Positions 10,156 to 18,357 of a DNA stretch of 64,000 nucleotides are shown piece by piece. The position numbers and the translations under genes were made by a program. Every line of letters begins with the position of its first letter. Position 1 is the first letter of the stretch. The stretch spans positions 2,976,001 through 3,040,000 of the forward strand of contig OZ252149.1 in the NCBI GenBank assembly GCA_965248755.1, in the 5' to 3' direction. This DNA is from Candidatus Latescibacterota bacterium. GTDB lineage: Bacteria > Latescibacterota > CBDEFO01. The notes under the pieces are model-generated. The model was not told the DNA's origin and did no database searches. It was given only the letters and a program-made list of their open reading frames with translations.

Positions 10156-11322
10156 TCAGGGTCGAGTAGAAAGATTCAAGAACACTGACACGTTATCGCT
10201 TTCCACATTAGACACAGCCAGGTCATTGTCGCCGTCACCATCGAAATCTGCGATGAATACTGATGTAGGATTGACTCCAGCATTGTAGTCCACCTTAGGC
10301 GCAAATGTACCGTTTCCAGTATTCATCAGCACAGACACATTATGGCTGAACCGGTTAGCCACGGCCAGGTCATTATGTCCATCACCATCTAAATCTGCAA
10401 CGAATACTGAACTGGGACTCAGCCCGGCATCGTAGTCCACCTTGGGTGCGAATGTACCGTCTCCACTATTGATCAGCACCGAGACAGTATCATTTTTCTG
10501 GTCCACGCCAAAATTAGCCACAGTTAGGTCACTATGTCCATCTCCATCTAAATCTAATATGAACAACGACCAGGGACCATCCCCGACGGCGTGGTCAACC
10601 GCAGGCGCAAATGTACCGTCTCCATTATTCATCAGCACAGACACATTATCGCTTTGCAAATTAGATACGGCTACGTCGTTATCCCCATCTCCATCTAAAT
10701 CTGAAATGAATACAGAACTGGGACCATCCCCGACGGCGTAGTCCACCTTATGCTCAAATGTACCGTCTCCACTATTTAAGAGCACAGACACATTATCGCT
10801 TTCCGTATTAGCCACAGCCAGGTCATTATGTCCATCTCCATCCAGATCTTCGGCGAATACCGAATGGGGGGACTCCCCAACTTCATAGTCAATCTTGTCC
10901 GCAAACGTAGCGTCTCCATTATTCATCAGCACCGATACAGTAGGAGGAAAGCTGTAGACGTTAGGGACAGCCAGGTCATTATCTCCATCTCCATCCAGAT
11001 CTTCAGCAAATACGGAATTGGGGTAGTCCCCGACAGCATAGTCAACCTTGTCCGCAAATGTACCATCTCCATTGTTCAATAACACCGAAAGATTATCAGT
11101 ATTGCTTCCCCAGGTAACCAGAGCCAGGTCATTGTCCCCATCTCCATCTAAATCTGAGCTGAATACTGATACGGGCTGATACCCCACCGGATAGTTGGTC
11201 GGGGGTCCGAAAAGACTCTGTGTACTAGGTTGCGTTCCACTGTCTCCACCACAGCCTGCCATTAGCAAGAGCAGCGAAAGCATCAGCAGATGTGTGATAC
11301 GGGAGGTGAGTGGTGTTCTCAT
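10156..11322 (-). CDS. FG-GAP/VCBS-repeat beta-propeller lipoprotein
   Basis: Lipobox LMAGC; seven DLDGDG.NDLAV repeats. Confidence 0.9.
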   Translation of the reverse strand: MRTPLTSRITHLLMLSLLLLMAGCGGDSGTQPSTQSLFGPPTNYPVGYQPVSVFSSDLDGDGDNDLALVTWGSNTDNLSVLLNNGDGTFADKVDYAVGDYPNSVFAEDLDGDGDNDLAVPNVYSFPPTVSVLMNNGDATFADKIDYEVGESPHSVFAEDLDGDGHNDLAVANTESDNVSVLLNSGDGTFEHKVDYAVGDGPSSVFISDLDGDGDNDVAVSNLQSDNVSVLMNNGDGTFAPAVDHAVGDGPWSLFILDLDGDGHSDLTVANFGVDQKNDTVSVLINSGDGTFAPKVDYDAGLSPSSVFVADLDGDGHNDLAVANRFSHNVSVLMNTGNGTFAPKVDYNAGVNPTSVFIADFDGDGDNDLAVSNVESDNVSVFLNLSTRP

Positions 11323-11574
11323 GGCGGCGTTCCTTCCTTTTTGATTCGGTTCAGTGTCTCAAAGCCCGGTCGTTGCGGAACTCCCTATGATGGATCGAAA
11401 GAGGAACAGTTCCGAAACTTTATTATCTTGAACCTTTTGCCTGTCCCCAAGTGGTTGGTTTGGCCAAAGTTGTGCCTCCGTTGTATTCCTAAAGGTATTG
11501 TTCCTTCCCGTTGGAGTGATTATAGTGCCTTATGATCGATCTGCGGCGCTCCTATTCATCCCTAAACTCACAGG

Positions 11575-12024
11575 TTACGTAAACAATCGGGAATTGCTTA
11601 TTCTGATCTTTTCAGAGAGATCGTTTATAACATTTCTTAATATCTTGACACCTATATCGTGGTATCTGCTGATCAATATGTCGAAGTCCGCGGTTTTTAA
11701 GCTCAGCGCTATTGACTTTTCTGAAGAAACTATCGTCACTGACCTTTTCCTTCCTGTGAGGGCGCTCATTTCCCCTACCAGTTGTCCAGGGTTAATTTCA
11801 GCTATGTTAAGGTCGATGTCGCCGTGAGGCGCACTTACGCGCAGTTTGCCCGACATGAGGATCAACATCTCCCTGCTGATTTCCCCGTATTTGAATATCA
11901 CCTCCTCGGGATCATAGTTCTTCTGCTCACATATTCTCAGCACGACTTGTGCCTCATCCACAGAGAGTTCGTGGAACATGGGTATTTTGTTTATGATGTT
12001 CAGCAGTTTTAAGTCGGTTGCCAT
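11575..12024 (-). CDS. Stand-alone cyclic nucleotide-binding domain protein
   Basis: IFKYGE...GQLVGEMS....RS pattern; no HTH. Confidence 0.85.
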   Translation of the reverse strand: MATDLKLLNIINKIPMFHELSVDEAQVVLRICEQKNYDPEEVIFKYGEISREMLILMSGKLRVSAPHGDIDLNIAEINPGQLVGEMSALTGRKRSVTIVSSEKSIALSLKTADFDILISRYHDIGVKILRNVINDLSEKIRISNSRLFT

Positions 12025-12359
12025 GTCGTGTTCTCCTTAACGCTGACGAACGGTGTGTCTATTCTGCTCTCCTTACTATAAAGGGTACATCTACCTCTCG
12101 ACCCAATATGGTCTTGTGTAGTTCCGTGCACTCCAGCCTGCACAGCAGGCACTCCGGCCTTCTCCACTCCACATGTTCAAACTCGTTTTGTGCTTCCATT
12201 CTTTTGACACTAATGGTATTATACCCCTACTGGAATGTATGAAGCGATTTCTGGGCTATTAAATGACGATTCTGACGCTTTGGGGACATCTACGAGGCTT
12301 TAGACTTCTCCCTTAGTTGGCGAATCCAGGGCCTGTGATGTCATAACCAATTCCCCTCT

Positions 12360-13325
12360 TTAAAAACCTTTCCAACTGGTAACTGCATAGTCCATAATTT
12401 CAATTATCCTGTCATCTGAGTAGTACCAATATTCCCACGGGCCGTCTTTCTGTATTCTAATAGGTTCACCCAAGAGCCGTCTTATTGTATCCTCAGGCAT
12501 CCCTTTTCTTAGCATCCGTGGAATAGCGTCAGGATACTGAAGACTGACAACTGTACCATCCTTATTAAACTGTTCTACCCGGTGAGAATAATACCCACCC
12601 GTCCTGGAAATCTTGGAGAAATGTCCGAATCTTATGGTCAGGTCATGATACTCCTCCGTGTCGTGTGGCGGAAATTTAGGACGCTGGACAGGCGGAATAT
12701 ACCCCAAGGGTACTATCTGGATCTTGTAATCACCTTCTGGAACTACAAAATATTTTGTTAATTCTACATCGTTCTGAAGATGCTGTGACTCATAAAGGGC
12801 TGACATCCCCTTCAAAAGGATCTTGCTCATCTCGTCATCCCAAAGCATGAAGCGCATCCTAACTGAGGGGCGGCTTGCACCCTCATTGCCATAGACAATT
12901 ACGCGAAATCTGCCGATGGGGATTTCGACATGCGTTAGCTGCCCGGCCGTTATAGTCACACGTTCGATTGCTACTGGGTCGTCCACATTTAAGTCGGTAT
13001 CAACTACTACCTTATATACTCCCGGTTCCAGAAATGCCTGAAGCCCTTTACCCTTGACAACCACCTCATCGGTGGCTTGGTCAACAACCCTGAAATCGAG
13101 CTCGGGAATACCTCCGCTGTACAAGATAAGGACCCCTTTTCCCTCCGGTATCGTTGCCAATTCATCCTTCTTGCTGTACTTCCCTGACGAAGCGCATCCC
13201 ATCAACCAGGCTGCGATGACCAGAACTAATATTATAGCCCGTCCAGGCCTGAATCTGATGTTCTGTCTCCCTACGCTCTCTGATCTCTCCACTACGGTCT
13301 GTAAGTCGGGTGTCTGTGATGTCAT
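12360..13325 (-). CDS. Hypothetical lipoprotein with C-terminal SmpA/OmlA-like domain
   Basis: LMGC lipobox; LRKGM....IRRLLGEP......EYWYY. Confidence 0.65.
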   Translation of the reverse strand: MTSQTPDLQTVVERSESVGRQNIRFRPGRAIILVLVIAAWLMGCASSGKYSKKDELATIPEGKGVLILYSGGIPELDFRVVDQATDEVVVKGKGLQAFLEPGVYKVVVDTDLNVDDPVAIERVTITAGQLTHVEIPIGRFRVIVYGNEGASRPSVRMRFMLWDDEMSKILLKGMSALYESQHLQNDVELTKYFVVPEGDYKIQIVPLGYIPPVQRPKFPPHDTEEYHDLTIRFGHFSKISRTGGYYSHRVEQFNKDGTVVSLQYPDAIPRMLRKGMPEDTIRRLLGEPIRIQKDGPWEYWYYSDDRIIEIMDYAVTSWKGF

Positions 13326-13396
13326 GGATGATTACCTCCGTTAGTTAGCTCTCTTAATGGAAAGGAGCCTATGAGGCCTGCAAGAGGAGTTCTCCC

Positions 13397-14320
13397 TCAG
13401 TTGGAAAACGTTGACTTGATGCGGCCCCAGGTGTCAGCCCCAACCTCCGAGCTGTCAGCCTCAACAACGCCATCGTTGTCATCAAAATGGTCAATGATAA
13501 TGATAACCGGCTCAAAATCAAGCAGGATGTAGTCAACAAACGTAGAGGCATCGAAGTTGGTCGCTGCGGCGTGACTGTTCGTCCACCAGCCTCCGTCGTA
13601 CCCAAGATCATCTGGATCGTCACTGTCCTTAACGGCGAAGACGAGTCCTATGATGTCTCCCGCTTTCAGGGTGTGTACTACGCTCTGATCAATACCTTCA
13701 GAATTAAGGTCGTCAAACGGAGTGACGGCTATCTCTACAGTCTGGACACCTTCCCCACCTACGGTGCCATGAAAACTCCAGCCGATGTCGGCATAAGGAG
13801 GCTTATCTGCCCACGTGGCCGATCCCCAAATAGAGAGCGGATTGTCTCTGTTCAGATAATACCGATAACTCTGTGCCTGAGCTGAGTTGTGCCTGTCCGG
13901 ATCCCTGTCCTGTGGAGGCATGCCCATGTACTGCCCTCCGCTGTGGTCAGCATCTATGCCAAATTCGATGTTTTCCTCACGGTCGTCAGCAGTTAACCGT
14001 GCATTAGAGTGGTCGTCACATCTCTCCTCCCAAAAATAGATCATGTTGGTCACGGGACTCCATCCTATGACTACCTTCACGGCGAGGCTGGCGGGGTTCG
14101 GATTATCAAACCCCCCTTTGACGGTCTCTTTCAGATCATCGTGCGTTAAATAGTACTGTCGAGGATACATCTGCCACTCGGAGCCATCACCGTCCACTTC
14201 AATATCGTCGGGAACCCTGGGAGCGACAAAGGTCTCATCTAACCTCAGGTGAGCGGACCCCATCGAAACAGTAAAAAGCACGAATCCCAGAGCTGTAAAT
14301 ATCGCAAATAGTGTTTTCAT
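13397..14320 (-). CDS. Secreted DOMON/CBM9-like protein, paralogue 5 of 5, C-terminal TWGRIK motif
   Basis: Signal peptide, VDGDGSEW, DADHSGG, ends TWGRIKSTFSN. Confidence 0.8.
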   Translation of the reverse strand: MKTLFAIFTALGFVLFTVSMGSAHLRLDETFVAPRVPDDIEVDGDGSEWQMYPRQYYLTHDDLKETVKGGFDNPNPASLAVKVVIGWSPVTNMIYFWEERCDDHSNARLTADDREENIEFGIDADHSGGQYMGMPPQDRDPDRHNSAQAQSYRYYLNRDNPLSIWGSATWADKPPYADIGWSFHGTVGGEGVQTVEIAVTPFDDLNSEGIDQSVVHTLKAGDIIGLVFAVKDSDDPDDLGYDGGWWTNSHAAATNFDASTFVDYILLDFEPVIIIIDHFDDNDGVVEADSSEVGADTWGRIKSTFSN

Positions 14321-14336
14321 CGTCATATCCTTTAGT

Positions 14337-15281
14337 TCAGTTCGAGAAGGTTGACTTGATGCGGCCCCAGGTGTCAGACTCAACTGCTGTGCCGGGCACC
14401 CAGATACTCGGATCAAAATCAAGCAGGATGTAATCAATAAACGAATCCGCATTAATCCAAGGCGCAGTACTCGAACGATTAAAGGAGTCGGCATTGGCGA
14501 AACTGCTAGACCACCAGCCTCCGTCGTAGTTTCTTAAATCATCGGGATTGTCATCGTCCTTAACGGCAAAGACGAGACCTATGATCTCTCCCGCTGCAAG
14601 GATGTGTACTACGCTCTGATCAATACCTTCAGAATTCAGGTCGTCAAACGGAGTGACGGCTAATTCTACAGTCTGGACGCCTTCCCCACCTACGGTGCCG
14701 TGAAAACTCCAACCGAGGTCGGCATAAGGCGGCTTAACTGCCCACGTGGCCGATCCCCAATGCCAGAGCGGATCCTCTCTGTTCAGATAATAGCGATAGT
14801 TCTGAGCTTGAGATCCGTCCCACCTGTCCGGATCAATGTCTACATACGGGTGCATGTACAATCCTCCGCTGTGGTCAGCATCAATGCTAAATTCGAGGTG
14901 TTCCGAACTGTCGTCAGCAGTTAACCGTGCATTAGAGTGGTCGTCAAATCTCTCCTCCAAAAAATAGATCATGTTGGTCACGGGACTCCATCCTATGACT
15001 ACCTTCACGGCGAGGCTGGCGGGGTTCGGCTCATCAAACCCCTCCTTGATGATCTCTTTCAGATCATCGTGCGTTAAATAGTACTGTCGAGGAAGCAATT
15101 GCCACTCGGACCCATCACCGTCCAGTACAACGGTCCGCGTACCAGCGTGCATCCCCGGAGTCCCATCAATGGGCAACATGGGAGCGACAAAGGTCTCATC
15201 TAACCTCAGGTGAGCCGACCCCATCGAAATAATAAACAGGAGAACTCCCAGTACCGTAAATATCGCAAATAGTGTTTTCAT
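14337..15281 (-). CDS. Secreted DOMON/CBM9-like protein, paralogue 4 of 5
   Basis: Same framework; start MKTLFAIF after RBS. Confidence 0.8.
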   Translation of the reverse strand: MKTLFAIFTVLGVLLFIISMGSAHLRLDETFVAPMLPIDGTPGMHAGTRTVVLDGDGSEWQLLPRQYYLTHDDLKEIIKEGFDEPNPASLAVKVVIGWSPVTNMIYFLEERFDDHSNARLTADDSSEHLEFSIDADHSGGLYMHPYVDIDPDRWDGSQAQNYRYYLNREDPLWHWGSATWAVKPPYADLGWSFHGTVGGEGVQTVELAVTPFDDLNSEGIDQSVVHILAAGEIIGLVFAVKDDDNPDDLRNYDGGWWSSSFANADSFNRSSTAPWINADSFIDYILLDFDPSIWVPGTAVESDTWGRIKSTFSN

Positions 15282-15297
15282 CGTGATAGTCTTTAGT

Positions 15298-16341
15298 TCA
15301 GTTCGAGAAGGTTGCTTTGATGCGTCCCCAGGTGTCAGACTTAACTGCTGTCCAGATCCCAGGCTCAAAATCAAGCAGGATGTAATCATTAAACTCATCC
15401 GCATGGTACTCGCCGCCGGCGAAACTGCTAGACCACCAACCTCCGTCGTAGCCTAATTCATCGGGATTGTCACTATCCTTAACGGCAAAGACGAGTCCTA
15501 CGATCTCTCCCGCTGCAAGGGTGTGTACTACGCTCTGATCAATACCTTCATAATTCAGGTCGTCAAACGGAGTGACGGCTATCTCTACAGTCTGGACGCC
15601 TTCCCCACCTACGGTGCCGTCAAGACTCCAGCCGATGTCGGCATAAGGAGGCTTAACTGCCCATGTGGCCGCCCCCCAATACCAGAGCGGATCCTCTCTG
15701 TTCAGAAAATAGCGATAGTTCTGAGCTAGAGATCCGTCCCACCTGTCTGCATCAATGTCTGACGTAGACATGGACATGTACCGTCCACCGCTGTGGTCAG
15801 TATCGATGCCAAATTCGAGGTGTTCGTTACGGTCGTCAGCAGTTAAGCGGGCGTTAGAGTGGTCGTTAGATCCGTCCCACCCGGCCGGATCCACGTCCTG
15901 TAAACCCGAGGACATGAACCGTCCACCGCTGTGGTCCGCATCGATGCCAAATTCGATGTTTTCCTGACGGTCGTCAGCAGTTAACCGTGCATTAGAGAAG
16001 TCGTCAAATCTCTCCTCCCACATATAGATCATGTTGGTCACGGGACTCCATCCTATGACTACCTTCACGGCGAGGCTGGCGGGGTTCGGCACAGGAAACC
16101 CCCCTTTGACGACCTCTTTCAGATCATCGTGCGTTAAATAGTACTGTCGAGGAAGCAATTGCCACTCGGAGCCATCACCGTCGAGTACAATCGTCCGCGT
16201 ACCAGCGTGCATCCCCGGAGTCCCATCAATGGGCAACATGGGAGCGACAAAGGTCTCATCTAACCTCAGGTGAGCCGACCCCATCGAAATAATAAACAGG
16301 AGAACTCCCAGTACCGTAAATATCGCAAATGGTGTTTTCAT
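15298..16341 (-). CDS. Secreted DOMON/CBM9-like protein, paralogue 3 of 5 (internal duplication)
   Basis: Same framework; SNARLTADDR..DHSGG segment present twice. Confidence 0.8.
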   Translation of the reverse strand: MKTPFAIFTVLGVLLFIISMGSAHLRLDETFVAPMLPIDGTPGMHAGTRTIVLDGDGSEWQLLPRQYYLTHDDLKEVVKGGFPVPNPASLAVKVVIGWSPVTNMIYMWEERFDDFSNARLTADDRQENIEFGIDADHSGGRFMSSGLQDVDPAGWDGSNDHSNARLTADDRNEHLEFGIDTDHSGGRYMSMSTSDIDADRWDGSLAQNYRYFLNREDPLWYWGAATWAVKPPYADIGWSLDGTVGGEGVQTVEIAVTPFDDLNYEGIDQSVVHTLAAGEIVGLVFAVKDSDNPDELGYDGGWWSSSFAGGEYHADEFNDYILLDFEPGIWTAVKSDTWGRIKATFSN

Positions 16342-16357
16342 CGTTATATCCTTTAGT

Positions 16358-17278
16358 TCAGTTCGAGAAGGTTGCTTTGATGCGGCCCCAGGTGTCAGAC
16401 TCAACTGATGACCCATCCAATGTCACCCATTGTTCCGGATCGAAAGGAAGTAGAGTGAAGTCATTGAAGGTATCCGCATTTTGGAACACATGCGCGCCTC
16501 CGACCGTATAGTAGCCACCGTTACCTTGTTGGATGCCAATTTGTTCCTCGTCCGGTCCAGCGAGATAGTCAGTGTCTTCAACGGTAAAGCCTATTCCGAT
16601 GATTTCTCCCTCTTTCAGGGTGTGTACTACGCTCTGGTCGATACCTTCAGGGTTCAGATCGTCAAACGGCGTCACGGCCATCTCCACAATCAGGTTGCCC
16701 GAGTCACCCAGCTCGCCATCAAAGCTCCAGCCGAACTCGGAATACGGAGACACGTTTACCCACGTAGCTGCTCCCCACAACCAGACCGGATCCTCTCCGA
16801 TCACAAAATATTGCCAATGCTGAGCATGAGATGAGCCGTGCCTGTCCGGATCCACATCCAACCCGAAGTTTTGGAACCGTCCTCCGCTGTGGTCAGCATC
16901 CACGCCAAACGCAACCGTCTCCTCAATGTAGTACATTTTCCAACCGACATAAACATCGTCAAATCTATCCTCAAACCAGTATATCTTGTTGGTCACCGGA
17001 CTCCATCCTATAATTATCCGCAAGGCGAGGTCAGAGGGGTCTATAGCCTCTGACCATTCCCCGATCATTATCAGATCCTCGTGCGTTATCCAGAACGACG
17101 GGTCAATATTTGCCCACTCGCTGGTATCACCGTCTGGTATAAACTCGCTGAACCCAGGCCTACCAATAGGCACCTGGACAGCGACAAAGGTCTTATCTGA
17201 CCGTAGGTGAGCAGAACTCTCCACGACAGCAAGAAATACAAATCCCAGTGCTGTAAATATACAAAACAGTGTTCTCAT
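16358..17278 (-). CDS. Secreted DOMON/CBM9-like protein, paralogue 2 of 5 (most divergent)
   Basis: IGWSPVTN, DADHSGG, VTPFDDLN and TWGRIK conserved. Confidence 0.8.
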   Translation of the reverse strand: MRTLFCIFTALGFVFLAVVESSAHLRSDKTFVAVQVPIGRPGFSEFIPDGDTSEWANIDPSFWITHEDLIMIGEWSEAIDPSDLALRIIIGWSPVTNKIYWFEDRFDDVYVGWKMYYIEETVAFGVDADHSGGRFQNFGLDVDPDRHGSSHAQHWQYFVIGEDPVWLWGAATWVNVSPYSEFGWSFDGELGDSGNLIVEMAVTPFDDLNPEGIDQSVVHTLKEGEIIGIGFTVEDTDYLAGPDEEQIGIQQGNGGYYTVGGAHVFQNADTFNDFTLLPFDPEQWVTLDGSSVESDTWGRIKATFSN

Positions 17279-17294
17279 CGTTATATCCTTTCCC

Positions 17295-18320
17295 TCAGTT
17301 GGAAAACGTTGACTTGATGCGGCCCCAGGTGTCAGATTCAACCGCTGTGCCGGGCACCCAGATACTCGGATCAAAATCAAGCAGAATGTAATCAGTAAAC
17401 AAATCGGCATCGCCCTTGTACCCTGACGCTGAGTTGTGACTGATAGACCACCAGCCTCCGTCGTAACCAGGATCATCGGGATTGTCATTGTCCTTAACGG
17501 CAAAGACGATGCCTACGATCTCTCCCGCTGTAAGGGTGTGTACTACGCTCTGATCAATACCTTCAGAATTCAAGTCGTCAAACGGAGTGACGGCCAACTC
17601 TACAGTCTGGACGCCTTCCCCACCTACTTCGCCATCAAAACTCCAGCCGATGAAGGCATAAGGAGGCTTAACTGCCCACGTGGCCGAACCCCAATGCCAG
17701 ATGGGTTCCTCCCTGTTCAGATAATAGCGATAGTTCTGAGCATGAGATCCGTCCCATCTGGCTGGATCAATGTCCTCTGTATACAGCTTCATGTACACTC
17801 CTCCGCTGTGGTCAGCATCGATGCCAAATGCGAGGTGTTCATTACGGTCGTCAGCAGTTAAGCGGGCGTTAGAGTGGTCGTCAGATCCGTCCCACCTGGC
17901 CGGATCCACGTCCTGTGAATAAAACACGTACCTTCCTCCGCTGTGGTTAGCATCGATGCTAAATTCGAGGTGTTCATTACGGTCGTCAGCAGTTAAGCGG
18001 GCATTAGAGTGGTCGTCAAATCTCTCCTCTAAAAAATAGATCATGTTGGTCACCGGGCTCCATCCTATGGCAACTTTCACGGCGAGGCTGGCGGGGTTCG
18101 GCGTATCAAATCCCCCCTTGATGGTCTCTTTCAGATCATCGTGCGTTAAATAGTACTGTCGAGGAAGCAATTGCCACTCGGACCCATCACCGTCCACTTC
18201 AATATCGTCGGGAACCCTGGGAGCGACGAAGGTCTCATCTAACCTCAGGTGAGCCGACCCCATCGAAACAGTAAAAAGCACGAATCCCAGAGCTGTAAAT
18301 ATCGCAAATAGTGTTTTCAT
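17295..18320 (-). CDS. Secreted DOMON/CBM9-like protein, paralogue 1 of 5 (internal duplication)
   Basis: Same framework; duplicated DHSNARLTADDRNEHL segment. Confidence 0.8.
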   Translation of the reverse strand: MKTLFAIFTALGFVLFTVSMGSAHLRLDETFVAPRVPDDIEVDGDGSEWQLLPRQYYLTHDDLKETIKGGFDTPNPASLAVKVAIGWSPVTNMIYFLEERFDDHSNARLTADDRNEHLEFSIDANHSGGRYVFYSQDVDPARWDGSDDHSNARLTADDRNEHLAFGIDADHSGGVYMKLYTEDIDPARWDGSHAQNYRYYLNREEPIWHWGSATWAVKPPYAFIGWSFDGEVGGEGVQTVELAVTPFDDLNSEGIDQSVVHTLTAGEIVGIVFAVKDNDNPDDPGYDGGWWSISHNSASGYKGDADLFTDYILLDFDPSIWVPGTAVESDTWGRIKSTFSN

Positions 18321-18357
18321 TGTGATATCCTTTCGCTGGGAATAATTAACAGGGATC

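Noticed and set aside
12059..12350. 46-aa CxxC ORF and a short MTSQ-starting stub resembling the start of 12360-13325
   Set aside because: Too short to support without homology searches
14321..17503. Long N-terminal extensions of the paralogues in the ORF track
   Set aside because: They overlap the upstream gene; true starts are the MKT/MRT ATGs 16 nt after each stop
13397..18320. Diversity-generating retroelement acting on the paralogue array
   Set aside because: No reverse transcriptase or non-coding template in the window; differences include indels and do not look adenine-specific
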